A DNA stretch of 64,000 nucleotides from Eledone cirrhosa. Taxonomy: Eukaryota. Numbering within the stretch: the stretch's first letter is position 1; each line of letters begins with the position of its first letter. The stretch lies in the NCBI GenBank assembly GCA_964016885.1, contig OZ024744.1, positions 86,180,001 to 86,244,000 on the forward strand, given 5' to 3'. Position numbers and translations under genes: made by a program. Below the pieces are notes generated by a model. That model did no database searches. It saw only the letters and a list, made by a program, of their open reading frames with translations, and was not told the DNA's origin. Shown piece by piece: positions 43,742 to 56,877 of this stretch.

Positions 43742-44427
43742 GAAATACATACACGCGCAAGCACGTCGGTACATTAATACATATTGATGTAACCCTGTCA
43801 CTATGTACTCCTCCTATCTCTCTGTATATATGTTATTCACAGATAGAAATCTTCACAGAACAAGGTATCTAATGGGTATATCAAAATAACTTAGAAAGCT
43901 TTTAGACATACCACTTTGCAATAAGAAGAGTAAAACATTGCTGATAGAGATATAGAGAAAAATTTTGGGGATAAAACCATGAATGAAGAAAAAATTTCAC
44001 TAGTCATCTTACAGACTTTGGACAGAGAATGATATCTAAAAAAAAAAAAAAAAAAAAAATGTATTGGATAGAGATAAAGAGAAGTGGTATTTATGAAATG
44101 GAGCAAGGGAAATTACTATCTATGAAGATTAAGGATAAAGATTGGAGGATCTTCCAATCAGAAGAAATTCTGGGAGCTTTAGAATAATAAAATAAAAAAT
44201 AAATTGAAGAACAGCAATGAGATATGGGTTAATATATTGATGTGAAAAAAAGCCCCACAAAAACAGAAAGAGAGAGAGAGATAAAGAGAGAGAGAGAGAG
44301 GGGGGGGGATTGATTGAGAGAAAGTGTTAGGAGGAGACAACTAAAAACAGCAGCAAATAGAAATAGATGTTTTAGGAATTGTGGAAAATGAAAGACAGAT
44401 GGGCAGGAAAGTTTTCAAAAACGTTTA

Positions 44428-44492
<65 letters not shown>

Positions 44493-44549
44493 ATATATGT
44501 ATATATATATGTGTGTGTGTATATATGTATATATATGTGTGTGTGTGTA

Positions 44550-44593
<44 letters not shown>

Positions 44594-44597
<4 letters not shown>

Positions 44598-44886
44598 GTA
44601 TTTCCGTAGGAAGGGTAGAGGAAAGGAGAGTGCTCTATGTATGCTACAGAACTTTTTAATCATGTAATAAACAACATAAGACAATTATTCCATTTACCAG
44701 AGGTTTCACGAAGACAGACGAGCTCAACAGAGACGTCTGAAATCGCTCATCAGAATGAAAATTTAATATGGACGTTCGTATTAAATTTTCATTCTTATGA
44801 GCGATTTCAGACGTCTCTGTTGAGCTCGTCTGTCTTCGTGAAACCTCTGGTAAATGGAATAATTGTCTTATGTTGTTTATTACATA
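44594..44886 (-). mobile_element. Fold-back element, family E (palindrome 44662-44885 + tail)
   Basis: ~107-bp arms around a 10-nt loop; (TA)n on both sides. Confidence 0.75.
44687..44762 (-). ncRNA. Type I hammerhead, family E
   Basis: Minus: TCATT-CTGATGA-GCGA..CAGACG..CGTCTG..TCGT-GAAA-CCtctGG-TA-AATGG; the mirror arm has CTTATGA. Confidence 0.75.
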
Positions 44887-45108
44887 ATTATATATATATA
44901 TATATATATAAGGTATTAAATTAACAATGAAAATAATATCAACAAAGTAAAGATATTTTACCTATTCATATCATTGTTTTACGATCGTTTCGGAAGGTCG
45001 ATCATATTGACATATTGTCTGATCTATAACAGTTATATAACTATATACTATCAGACCTCATATATTGGTTCGATCTATGGTACGTACCCTATCACCAAGG
45101 GTAGACCT

Positions 45109-45139
<31 letters not shown>

Positions 45140-45141
45140 TA

Positions 45142-45188
<47 letters not shown>

Positions 45189-45323
45189 CACATTGTTGGT
45201 AAAAACATCGAACGTTCGCAGATAGAAGTACTGTGGAATTAGTAATCCCATCGAGAAATATCAACTCTATTTGTATTTATTTGTGTGACTGAGTTTCATA
45301 CATTTTCTATTTGCTATATATAT

Positions 45324-45447
45324 ATTTATTAAAATAACAGATTAAAGTTTAAGCAAATAATCGCTGCTTTCACCCTTCTTATATATTTGATATATATTTA
45401 TCCTTATCGAGCCCTCTTTGGATTTTAGTCTTTACATTTATTATTAC

Positions 45448-45451
<4 letters not shown>
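45324..45451 (+). mobile_element. Family A element with collapsed arm
   Basis: Same arm start and tail as 36656 and 56878. Confidence 0.6.
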
Positions 45452-45506
<55 letters not shown>

Positions 45507-45539
45507 TAATATATATATATAATCATATATATATGTATA

Positions 45540-45667
<128 letters not shown>

Positions 45668-46726
45668 GTGTGTGCACAGTTATTTGTACATAGTGGCGAT
45701 AAATATTAGCTTTAAATTTAGACATTTCAACTGTGATTATCTAGGCTTCTTTTCAAACAGTATATGCAGGACTCCCTTTTCATTTAAGACTGTATGCTGT
45801 AATTAGGCGGAGATTTAACTGCAATTAATAACTGTTATGTGACCGCGTATGAAGATTTATTTAGATTTTGGATCAGTATTTTAACGTCTTGTAATTATAA
45901 CAGCTGAATTGGAATGCGTTGATCATGTTGTCCTCTGTTTTATTCTCTTTTTTCTTGTAATAATTTCATTTGAGGGAATATCTTGACACTAGCAACAGAT
46001 AAATATATATATAAGTGTTGTAACATATCTTTCTGTTTTGACATACGAAATGATATCAAATACTCCTCTTTGAATATGTAAAATGAAGACATCTAGGCAA
46101 TGTATGTTGCTCATATGATGAACAATTCAGAAAAACACCACAGTCTAAAAGCATACCCTCAGATTCTTCGCATTTTTGCCATTAATGCTTATTAAGAATA
46201 CATGTTTAATATTTGGTTATTGGAACGTTCTGCATTGTCGACATATTTTTTATTGCAGAAACAAACGGCCACGGTTCTCCTTCAACCAGTGCAGCTTTCA
46301 TAATCAACCGGTATCTCATTTTCGGGTGGTTTGCTTCAGTCATCAGCAAGATGTAAATCCATAGGCTGAATTTGAACACACAATGCAAAGAACCGGAAAA
46401 TATAACGTAAGGTATCTCGTCCGACACTCTAATGATTCTGCCAATTTAAGAATTTAGAGTGATATTTCATCTAACGACTCTAAAACGGGTGAAATAGATG
46501 TAGTGAGCTTTGAAATGAGAGTGTAGAAAACAGTATAATCTATCTGACGCTCTAATAAATGATAAGTTGACAAGTATTATAAAGAAGAAAAGATTTGACA
46601 CACGCGCGCGCACACACATACACACACACACACACACATGTATGCCCCTCCCCTTAAAAACACATTTGTTCTAGACTACCAAGTTTGTTCATGCTGGTAC
46701 ACTGGACTACGATCATTATTGTTGTT

Positions 46727-46884
46727 ACGCCATGCTTTGACGCATAGAGTTACGGCCCTTGCCATTCTGAGTTCAAATCCCGCCGAGGTTAACTTTGCCT
46801 TTCATCCTTACGGGGTCTATAAAATAAAGTACCAGTAATACACTGGATAATTTCTGGCCTTGTGCCTAACGTAGAAACAATTAT
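46727..46884 (+). mobile_element. 5'-truncated SINE with TSD ATTATTGTTGTTAC
   Basis: B-box, body and flanking direct repeat. Confidence 0.88.
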
Positions 46885-46889
46885 TGTTG

Positions 46890-47518
46890 TTACTTCTTTT
46901 ACAATGGTCTTTCTTTAATGACCGAGACTGGTTCTTTGGCATCTAGAATGCTACTAGACACTTTCGGTACTCTACTCACTGGACAAGACAAACAGCGGCA
47001 AGAGAAAAATAAACAATCACTTTCTTTCTATAGAGGGTTAATGGAGGAGATGTGAGACAATGGACTAGAAACCACTCTGGGTATCAATGAAGGTAGTCTA
47101 AGCAGACATTCTTGGGAACGTTCAAGTATGCGGCTTCGTAGTGCTACAAGGGCGTGGTACCTGTTCGAAATGAGCTCTACAAGCATGCATGTGTTAAAAG
47201 TGGAACCTGTTCCAGATGCATTCATGACGACAATACTGTTCTGCCCAGTGTCCATGGGCTTGTTGTACTGCGGCCATTGCACGTAGGACGCTTCTTGATG
47301 TCAACCAAATCCATAATGAAAATTGAACTGCATCTTTCCCTTAACAAGGATCGTTGGCAAATTTTTCCCCTGTATAGTGGCTATGATAAAAGAAGTAGTG
47401 CGGTGTATACGAGTGAAAGGTTTGAGGACAGGAAATATCCTTTCCACCCAATCTCTCAATAACTCCTTCCATTACGCCTTGACGATCACAATGAGGGACG
47501 AGAGAGTGAGAGAGAGAG

Positions 47519-47556
<38 letters not shown>

Positions 47557-47950
47557 GGAGAGAGAGTGAGAGAGAGAGAGAAAGGGAGAGAGAGAGAGAG
47601 ATTCTACCTTCTAAATGTATAAAAAATGGTGGATGAGAACGATGTGATTGACGAAGTGAATGAACCTACTGTGACTGCTTTTCTGAGTTAGGAAGAGAGT
47701 AAATTGGAAGAAGGCACATTGTATGCCATTTGGGGACACATAGTTATCCGATACTTTGTGTGGAGTTTTTGCCTCAAATTATCCTAGATTGTCTCTCCAT
47801 TTATTCTGGATCTTCTCTAAAAAATTTATTGTTACATGCATTGTTTTCATTGATTTCGTTTCTTTTTACATCATGTAAACCCCACTAAGTGTTGTAATTT
47901 GTCTTTGTGTTGTACGTAACTTTCTGGGTAATTATAGCCAATAAAAACAT
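46890..47950 (+). mobile_element. Old Tx1-type 3' fragment
   Basis: CYKGVVPVRNELYKH..TCSRCIHDDNTVL and VAMIKEVV..RVKGLRTG match the Tx1 C-terminus; ends GCCAATAAAA. Confidence 0.7.
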
Positions 47951-48254
47951 TTATTACTATTAGTATTACTGTTTGTGTTTTTCCTCTTTCTTCAGTTTTG
48001 TTACATTTCTTGCTGAGTGTCTACGCTACACCTAGGGCAGAGAAACTCACTGTATATATTGATAAGCCACCAAATAAACACACCAGATTATTCATGTCAT
48101 GTACTTTTCATAGTTACAAGTATATAATTTGCTTTATACATGTGCACATTATCTGTTTAAAATCATATTTACTATAGAATGGTATTCAATAATATGAGAG
48201 TGTTCAATCATTTATAACTCACATATTTATGGATTATAGTCTATGTATGTGCTG

Positions 48255-50290
48255 GCTTGATGCGTCGAGCCTCCAGTACCCTCTCAACGTGGAAATGCAG
48301 CAACTGTCTCTTCCCCACGTCTGCTCAGCCGCGGCCGTCCGGTACACCACCAGATGAGATAGTGAGCTTGTCTGATGCTCAACCCTCACTGGTCAACGTC
48401 GCTCGGCTCAGGTGGCTCCGGAAGATTCCGCTCAAGATCCCGAGAGCAGCCCGGGTGTCGGTAGCCGATGCTCTTGCTTCCTCAATTGAGAGAGCCCTGT
48501 ACTCTAATCGAACCAGCAACTGGGAGTGCCTCTTTTATTTCGCCCCGATTGCCCCGGCCTCCCCAACTCTGGCGCTGACCGAGGCGGCCTGTCGACACCA
48601 GCCTTTCTCAAGGCCAATGTTTCGACATTTGGGCAAGCGCCCATCCAAAGCGGGCCAAAGCACACCACACGCTCTGTTCTCGAGTGTCTTCAATCCTCCA
48701 CCCCTGAAGCCAGCGCTAAGCGTTTACGTGACCGCATAAACGCCAAATTAATCATGGGTGATGTCTCGGCTGCAGTCAGAGTGGTTGCCTCGCAGGACAC
48801 TGTCCTCCAACCCACCGATGAGGTCCTGGTTGCCCTGCGACTCAAGTACCCTAAGCCGCCCGCCGACCTTAGACCCATACCTCCACCCGATCCCCACTTG
48901 TTCCTTGTATCTTCCTACGCAAAAATCATATTTGCCATCAAGTCCTTCTCGGCCAGCCGCAGCGGATGCGCTGATGGTTTCCGACCTGGCCACCTCAAAG
49001 ACTTGTTATCCCCCTCTCCGCTGAGGCCCAGCGCCGCCTTCTGAGTGCAATTGTGGCATTCACCAATAGGCTCTTCCATGGCGCCCTGGACCCTCACGCT
49101 CAGGCCTCTTTTTTTCGGCTAGCCTGACTGCTCTCAGGAAGAAAGAGGGCTGCATACACCCCCATTGCTGTAGGCAATGTCTTCCGGAGGCTGACTGTTA
49201 AGGTCGACTGTAGGTCCCAAACACCTGAACTGGGTGAGGAGTTCAGTCCGGTGCAACTGGGTCTCGGTGTGTCCGGTGGCTGTGAGGGGGCCACACATTC
49301 AACCAGGCAGTTCTTCATTAGCTGCCCACCGGAACCGGCATCCAGGGACTCCAAACATCTCATTGTCAAGCTTAACATGAGGAATGCCTTCAACTGCATA
49401 CGTCGTGATTATCTGCTCGATGCCTGCCAAGCCACCTCTGCCTACCCGCTGGCCTACCTGTCACGTGGAGCCTCGAGCATGCTCATTGCTGCCGATTAGA
49501 TCATACCTTCAGCCACTGGAGTCGAACAGGGTGACCTTTTGGCGCCCCCCCCCCCTACTGTTTACTCTTGGTATAGACCACATTGCCCGGAGTATCAAGG
49601 CCCATCTCAACGTCTTCTACCTGGATGATGCTACGTTGGGCGGCCCGTGTAGACTGTCTGTCACGACGTACAATCGGTGGTTCCTCGGGTTGGACCTGGC
49701 CTCCGCATCTGCGAACCACACAAATGTCGCTCCGGATCCACCGTGGACTCTTTCGGCCTCCACTCACTTTCCTGTCGCTACAGTGCCGGCCGCCTTCCAC
49801 GCCATGCTGCCCTTAATGAGGTCATAAAGCATGTCTTGGATGCTGCAGACTTCCCCTCCCAGCTCGAGCCGGTGGGGCTGGACCGAGGGGATGGTAAAAG
49901 GCCAGATGGTATGACCATCTTCCCGTTCAACGGTGTCAAACTCCTCGTCCGGGATTCCACTTTAGCGACACTTTCTCTAGCCGCAACCTGATGTAGTCTT
50001 TGACTAAACCAGGTTCTGCTGGACTTCGGGCTGCAGAGGGCAAACACTCTAAGTATCGGTCACTCTCCGACAGGTTTGCGGTCGTCCCCTTGGCAGTGGA
50101 GACTTCTGGTGTCCTTGGCCCGAGGGCTACCTCCCAATTACCACCATAGGCGCTGAGCTGGCCAGCCGCAGGTGTGAGCTTCGCGAGATGCAAGGCTTTT
50201 CCAGAGCATCTCCATTACCATCCTCCGGGGAAACGCATTCCCCATTCTGTCCGCCGGGACTGTGGGGCGGCCAGCACGTGGGACCCATTT
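48255..50290 (+). mobile_element. CRE-clade non-LTR retrotransposon (RT + RLE), decayed and internally deleted
   Basis: DGFRPGHLKDLL, PIAVGNVFRRL, QLGLGVSGGCEG, KLNMRNAFN, GVEQGD, FYLDD, then C-x-C..HSLSC..RHAALN..KRPDG. Confidence 0.85.
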
Positions 50291-50385
50291 GCTTATAATC
50301 CAGAGAGATAGGGAGGGCGAGAGAGATGGAGGTGATGACAGTGGTGGTTCGGCTCTTCCGTTTCGGACACATTGCACCTGTCATG

Positions 50386-50485
50386 TGGATCATGTGATAT
50401 TTTTCCATCTATGGATCATGTGATATTTTTCCATCTATGGATCATGTGATATTTTTCCGTCTATGGATCATGTGATATTTTTCCA
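50386..50485. repeat. 26-bp minisatellite, ~3.8 copies (ATGGATCATGTGATATTTTTCCATCT)
   Basis: Period of 26 read directly. Confidence 0.9.
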
Positions 50486-50658
50486 GTGTAACGCTCTTGA
50501 AAATACACAAATAAAAGGTTTTGGAAAAGGGAGTAATTTAAGCAACAGTAATGGCAAGAGTCTTAAAGTTAACAACAATCGTATCAGCATCAACACTATT
50601 GGCAATATAACAACAAGGATTGTAACAAGGATAACAGTGATAATAGGAACAAACATAA

Positions 50659-50874
50659 TGGTATCTTATATAGGCACAAGACCAGCAATTTGGGGGGAGG
50701 GGGAAATCGATTAAACTGACACCAGTGCATGACTGGTACTTTCTTTTATCAACACTGGTAAGGGTAAAAGCAAAGTTAACCTCGGCAGAATTTGAACTCA
50801 GATCATAAAGGGCCGTAACTCTATACTGCAAAGCATGGCGTCCGACCCTCTACCAATAATGCCAATCTAGCGCC
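50659..50874 (-). mobile_element. SINE long variant with 19-bp TSD ATAATAGGAACAAACATAA
   Basis: TSD at 50640-50658 and 50875-50893. Confidence 0.88.
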
Positions 50875-51466
50875 ATAATAGGAACAAACATAACAACAGG
50901 CAAAATCAGTAAGCTTGACAATGCTATCATTGAAAGTGGCAACAACCATAACAACAGTGTCTACAGCTGCATGAACAAGAACAATGAATCTAACAAGGTC
51001 ATCACGCATGAAAGGTTTTGTCTTGATGCAGCTGGCGTCCCTGCTATACCGAGCAGAAGAGTTAAGCAAAAACATCGACAGTAAAAGACGTTCAAACAAC
51101 ACCTCATCTTCTACCTCTATCATTCGGGGAAAGAATTCTTTAGCTCGTATGACAAAACATTAATTTGGTTGTGCAGCTATCATGAAAATAGATGGCAAAA
51201 AGGTAATCTTAGCCATCTCAGAAGAGCTCCTGTTAGAAACAACCAGGAAAAACATATTTTATAGGTGTCTTGTGACTGGAAGAATGAAAGTACACATCGA
51301 TCGCAATGCCATGTTGAAAAATATCTTTGGGGAATCTAGGTAGATGTATATGTTGTCATCAGAGCCAGGCAATATGGTAGATTTGAGATACACTACTGCA
51401 GAGAGAAAGAGGCCAAGTATCATTACACCATCACTTGTAAATTTGACTAATATATTCTCGCACAAA

Positions 51467-52222
51467 TCATAATATAAAGGGAGGAGTGCGGGACTTCGTC
51501 TTGAATATATTTTTTTTTATCCCGTTAGTAAAATAAGTTTGATTACTTTGAATAAATAATAAAAGAATTTTTGTACTAAATTTGGTAGCTGTTGATTAAA
51601 CAAATATTCTTATATTTAATTGTTTCTACTTTAGGCACAAGGCCAGCAATTACCCAGTGCATTACTGGTACTTTATTTTATCGACCCCGTAGGGATGAAA
51701 GGCAAAGTCAACCTCGGCGGGATTTGAACTCAGATCATAAAGGGACGTAACTATGCTGGAAAGCATGGCGTCAAACCCTCTACCGATACTGCCAATCCAC
51801 CGCCCTTATATATAATGATTGCTTATTTTAAGATTCATTTCTTTAAACATTTTCGAATGTCTACACTTCCGGTTAGCGTCCGTTATATCATAACACTTAT
51901 TATATAGCTTATGTAAACATTCATATATGTGCATTGTTATATAAGGTTTATATTTCGGTTGCTAATTTTCTTCTTTTTTCGTTTTCATCACATTTCACAG
52001 TAATGCAGTTTATATAAAATATCGTCTTTTTTAAATGTATCATGGACTCCTTTACTTACAGAAGAGAATATTAACACAGGGTCTCTTCAATTTCTGTGCG
52101 TATTCTGAATTACGATATTATTTGATGTATCATATCTACATGCATGTATATTTGCGTATAATATCAATATGAACACTACACGTGCTACCAGAAAACCACC
52201 CGAAGGGTCGTTTTTCTGCTAG
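51467..52222 (+). mobile_element. Non-autonomous Helitron interrupted by a SINE
   Basis: A|TC start; 3' hairpin CAGAAAA..CCCGAAGGG..TTTTCTG then CTAG|T; homolog of 27070-27601. Confidence 0.72.
51617..51807 (-). mobile_element. Full-length SINE nested in the Helitron
   Basis: A/B boxes and body. Confidence 0.9.
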
Positions 52223-52571
52223 TAAAACAATATCACACAAACATTGAAAAGCAATGGGACTGAACTTAAAGTCACGTGGTTGCGAAGGGAAATTTGTAAA
52301 CATACAGCTAGGCCATATAGAGACGACATACAAACAGAAACAGCTATCAAACGTGAAACACGTGCATACGTATCAGTACACATACGCTCACACATAGACA
52401 CACACACACACTACTGTTATTGTTGCTGTTGTGTTTGCGGTTATGGTGGTGTTGCTTGTTGTTGCGGATGAGTGCGTGTCTGTTCATATGTGTGTCTGTA
52501 CGTATATATGTGTGTCTGTGTCTGTGCGTATGTGTCTGTGCGTATGTGTGCGTGTCTGTGTGTGGATGTGG

Positions 52572-52647
<76 letters not shown>

Positions 52648-53024
52648 CGTGACGTGCAGCTGAGGCACTGCTCATCATAGTGGGGTGTAGTGTCTGTCCC
52701 TCCTCAGTTGTGATGATGATGGTAGTGTTAGTGGCTTCTGTGTTTTGGTGATGATAATGACTTGGGAAAGGGGAAATTTAATGTGTGTGCGTGTGTTTAG
52801 TAGATTCTCTAAGAAATTATATAGTTCCTTCCCTTGTGAGAATAGTAAATTAGTAATCAAGTCCAATTGACTAAAAACAGGCTCACTGACAACAGCAGTG
52901 TATAATTATGGACTTAGCTAAGATTGTTCAGTCGTGCTTATGGATCCGCCTTTTATTTTGTTATTCGCGGTGTCGGTGATTGAGAATGATAGTTTTTGCC
53001 CTATAGCTACTCTGCCTACTATTG

Positions 53025-53082
<58 letters not shown>

Positions 53083-53099
53083 GTGTGTGTGTGTGTGTG

Positions 53100-53240
53100 T
53101 ATCGGGTTCAATCGGGGGTAACTACAGTAAGTAAGGTACTCAATACCTCAATACATAGCAGAATAGTATGAATATATAATATAGAAATGGTTTCTACAAG
53201 ACTAGTACTGTTTCTTTCGAAGGAAACAGTTCTAGACTAA
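53100..53240 (-). mobile_element. Family F pseudo-LTR fragment folded back at HHR stem II
   Basis: Homologous to 30675-30780; CTAGTACTGTTT..TTCGAA..GAAACAGTTCTAG mirror. Confidence 0.6.
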
Positions 53241-53262
53241 CGCGAGTTTCTGACTTCGTTAC

Positions 53263-53329
<67 letters not shown>

Positions 53330-53332
<3 letters not shown>

Positions 53333-53455
53333 AACAAAGTGGAGATGCTACATAGGAGATTTATTGCTCAATCCTGGTTACAAATGTTTCTCAACCAGCT
53401 GACTCGTGATTTGCGATGGTACTCCCAGACCGGACTTTCTTCAGATTTACTGAAC
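53330..53455 (-). mobile_element. PLE-type terminal fragment with degenerate hammerhead
   Basis: Minus: CTGAAGA..GAAA-CATTTG-TA; stem I poorly paired. Confidence 0.4.
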
Positions 53456-53636
53456 TTTCTGCCCACACAGACCCCCCCCCCCCCCCCACACACACCGACA
53501 CACCCACACACACACGCACACACTCACACATAACACGCACACACGCACACACATATATATATAGTTGTCTATATAACCTCACATACGAATTTAAAATGAC
53601 ATGTTAGGACACTTCAGGTAAACTTTGAAACAAGTA

Positions 53637-53845
53637 ATAGTTGTTTCTACTTTAGGCACAAGGCCAGCAGTTACCCAGTACATTACTGGTACTTTATTTT
53701 ATCGACCCCCGTAAGGATGAAAGGCAAAGTTAACCTCGGCGGGATTTGAACTCAGACTGTAAAGGGACGTAACTATGCTAGAAAGCATGGCGTCCAAAAG
53801 TAATTGTTTCTACTTTAGGCACAAGGCCAGCAATTACCCAGTGCG
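53637..53845 (-). mobile_element. SINE plus short duplicated 3' piece
   Basis: Family body on minus strand. Confidence 0.85.
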
Positions 53846-54286
53846 TCCAAAAGTAATAATACTTATTTAGTCAGGTATAGCAATTCTTGTGAACGTTGCA
53901 TCGTTTTGCTGCGATATTTCTATAACAGCAACGCCTTTTTCTCCCGCTGATGAATATGGTAACGTAAGAAACTCAAACTTAGGTCTTTTTATGTAATATG
54001 TATTTATTTTAATATATATTACCTTATTTATTTGCCTGAAATATTATAACTGTTAACTTTTTTTCGGATCAACACTCAGTTAGTGTGCAATCAGAAACTA
54101 ATATTTATGAAAATGAGTAAATTTATCTATTGAATGACTATCTGTTTGTATATGTAATGTTCGTGATTGCTGTCCTAAGCACACTAACATATAGACATAC
54201 ATAAATGTTATATACATATAATAGTTTTATAACTGGTCATATATAATCATAACACAAACGCACACACACCAGACACACATCTATAC

Positions 54287-54356
<70 letters not shown>

Positions 54357-54372
54357 GTATATATATATATAT

Positions 54373-56497
54373 AACTTTGAATAACTTTGAAATGTTTTGG
54401 CCAGTATTGGCCCAGGCCATGTCTAACTTAATAGCACCACCTGGCGAAGTCTTTCAATTCAGGATTTGGGCACCATGGCCCATTCGAGAAGAGAATTACT
54501 GTTTGCGGAGACATATCCGGGTGTGGGTGGTTTGTCCGGGATTACTTGGAGGAATTTGTCCAAAGACTTCTTGAATTTTGTGTGGTCAGTTTCTGTTTTG
54601 ACGTGTCCTGGTGTGATGTTGAAGAGAGCAGGGCCGATTGAGGTGAAATAATTGTGCCGTATTGTTGTTATGAGTTGCGATTTAGATTTTTGAATGGGAC
54701 GGATAGCACGGGGCCCAAGCCTTGGGTGTATCTTGAAGGCGATGCCAACATCATTTGGGCAGTGATGATGGAACATTTTCCACATCATGCAGATAATATA
54801 ACGCTCACGGCGACGTTGGAGTGAGTAAAGTTTCAGGTTTTCCAATCGACCCCAGTAGTCAAGGTCTGACATGCCATCTATCTTTTTCGTGATTGCCCTT
54901 TGAGGAGCTTCAAGTTTCATGATACTTTGTTTCGTGTGGGGAGACCACAGTGGACAACAGTATTCAAGGTGTGGTCGGGCGAAAGTAGAGAAGAGAAGGA
55001 TAATGGTGCGGGAATCTCTCGACTGGAAGGTTCTGAGGATCCAGGAACACATTCTGCGGGCCATGTCAACTTTGCTGCTTATATGCGTGGTCCAGCTTAT
55101 GTTGCTGTCCACGGTTACTCCCAAGTCTCTGATGTTGTTAGATGCCACGAGAGTTTCCCCGGAGGGAAGGGAGTACGGGAGTTTCAGAGCATCCTCTTTT
55201 CCAAAGTGGATCAGTTCGAATTTGTCTTCGTTCAGTAGCATGTTGTTCTTTTCTGCCCATTGGGTAACAGCCAGTAGGTCTGACTGAAGGCTTATCCGGT
55301 CATCCACGCCATTGATGACCTTTTGGAGCTTGGAATCATCAGCGAAAATTTTAATGTTGCTGTGTTTGATGATGTCAGTGATGTCATTAATATAGATGAT
55401 GAAGAGAAGTGGGCCCAACACAGTGCCTTGTGGGACTCCACTACTGACTTTGGCTGGGCTTGATTTGACTCCCTCAACTACAACATGTTGGGTTCTGTTT
55501 GACAGGAAGCTCTTGATCCACTGCAGCAGCTTTCCAGTGACACCAATATTGGACAGCTTTCTCAGTAGAATGTTATGATCAACCCTGTCAAAGGCCTTGC
55601 TGAAATCAAGGTAGATAACATCAGTGTTGGAACCCTCTCCCAAGGCTCTCAAAATGTCATCAAAGTGATGCAGTAGTTGCGTCAGGCAATCCCTTCCATT
55701 ACGGAATCCATGCTGGTTGGAGTTCAGCATATTGTTACTCTCAAGGAAGTGGGTCATTCGCGATCTCACCACTCGCTCAAATACCTTAATGATATGAGAG
55801 GTGAGTGAGATTGGACGGTAATTCACGGCAAGGGATTTGTTTCCCTTTTTGAAAACTGGGACAACAGACTGGGATAGAAGGTTTTCTGGCACATATCCAG
55901 CATCCAGTGAGTTCCGCCACAGATTGGCAAGAGGAGAAGCAAGTTGGTGTTGACACGCCTTCAAGACACAAGCAGGGAACCTATCGGGACCTACTGCTGA
56001 ATTATGCTTGATTTCCTTTATTGCCGCCAAGACATCAGGGGCGCCAAACGTTATGTCCGATAAGGTGTAATGGGGAGTAACATCGCCGATACAGCCCAGA
56101 TCGGCCATATCAGGATTGCTGAAAACAGAGCAGTATTGTTTCTGCAGTATCTCACCCATGGTTTTAGCATTGTCTTGAAGAGTGCCATTTTCATCAATTA
56201 GAGGGCCAACAGTAGAGCCAGTGATTTTGTGTTTTTTTGCAAATGAAAAGAACACTTTGGGATTGAGTTTGATCTTCTCAATGGCCCAGGCCTCTTCAGC
56301 TCTTCTCTGATTGTTGATGAGGGACATTATGTTGTTTTGGAGGTTATGTTTTTTAATCTCTAGTGATGAAATGGCAGTCAAGTTGATGTGTTGCTGCTGA
56401 CAGTATTTCAGCTTGTTGATTTTTTTGTTCGTTCTCTTAATTTTTCTGATGAGTGTTTTTCTATTTCTAGGGATTCTGCTCTTAGATTTGTTTATAG
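54373..56497 (-). mobile_element. CR1/L2-group LINE, 5'-truncated, inserted in (TA)n
   Basis: RT ORF; short 3'UTR with GGCC hairpins and (TTCAAAGTTA)2 tail; (TA)n on both sides. Confidence 0.92.
54459..56495 (-). CDS. Uninterrupted reverse transcriptase ORF2 portion (~680 codons, no native start or endonuclease)
   Basis: NYRPISLTS, QHGFR, YLDFSKAFDRVDH, SGVPQGTVLGPLLF, FADD, DLGV, RPHLEYC; the ORF-track N-terminus is microsatellite read-through. Confidence 0.8.
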   Translation of the reverse strand: MNKSKSRIPRNRKTLIRKIKRTNKKINKLKYCQQQHINLTAISSLEIKKHNLQNNIMSLINNQRRAEEAWAIEKIKLNPKVFFSFAKKHKITGSTVGPLIDENGTLQDNAKTMGEILQKQYCSVFSNPDMADLGCIGDVTPHYTLSDITFGAPDVLAAIKEIKHNSAVGPDRFPACVLKACQHQLASPLANLWRNSLDAGYVPENLLSQSVVPVFKKGNKSLAVNYRPISLTSHIIKVFERVVRSRMTHFLESNNMLNSNQHGFRNGRDCLTQLLHHFDDILRALGEGSNTDVIYLDFSKAFDRVDHNILLRKLSNIGVTGKLLQWIKSFLSNRTQHVVVEGVKSSPAKVSSGVPQGTVLGPLLFIIYINDITDIIKHSNIKIFADDSKLQKVINGVDDRISLQSDLLAVTQWAEKNNMLLNEDKFELIHFGKEDALKLPYSLPSGETLVASNNIRDLGVTVDSNISWTTHISSKVDMARRMCSWILRTFQSRDSRTIILLFSTFARPHLEYCCPLWSPHTKQSIMKLEAPQRAITKKIDGMSDLDYWGRLENLKLYSLQRRRERYIICMMWKMFHHHCPNDVGIAFKIHPRLGPRAIRPIQKSKSQLITTIRHNYFTSIGPALFNITPGHVKTETDHTKFKKSLDKFLQVIPDKPPTPGYVSANSNSLLEWAMVPKS

Positions 56498-56559
<62 letters not shown>

Positions 56560-56636
56560 ATAATATTAATATTTATACTTATATATGGTTTATATATAAT
56601 TATAAATATGGAGGGTTGTACTAAGTACTGGCCAGT

Positions 56637-56669
<33 letters not shown>

Positions 56670-56671
<2 letters not shown>

Positions 56672-56858
56672 CGAAGGAAATGTGATAAGGTACCAAGTGA
56701 ACCATAACGCACCAAAGTACTCAATACTTAGGGTAGTAGAGTGGGTAATAGGAACGAGTAGGACCCCGACGGCTGAGCTGAAGCCGTTTCGACGGCTAAT
56801 TCTGGACTATAGCCGTTGAAACGGCTTGAACTCAGCCGTCCGGGTTCTACTCGTTCCT
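56670..56858 (-). mobile_element. Fold-back element, family B
   Basis: Homolog of 19297-19492; turn at GGCTAATTCTGGAC-TATAGCC. Confidence 0.72.
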
Positions 56859-56877
56859 ATATATATATATATATATG

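Noticed and set aside
48005-48060. CTGAGTG...GAAAC hammerhead-like string
   Set aside because: Core does not fit CTGANGA, and stems I and III do not pair
50386-50485. CRISPR-like repeat
   Set aside because: 26-bp units are contiguous with no spacers; eukaryotic context and no cas genes
50480-51465. Old Tx1 ORF1-like remnant (VVIRARQYGRFEI)
   Set aside because: Similarity too short to support a feature call
56496-56705. N-terminal extension of the 748-aa RT ORF
   Set aside because: Read-through across (TA)n and a family B tail; not part of the LINE
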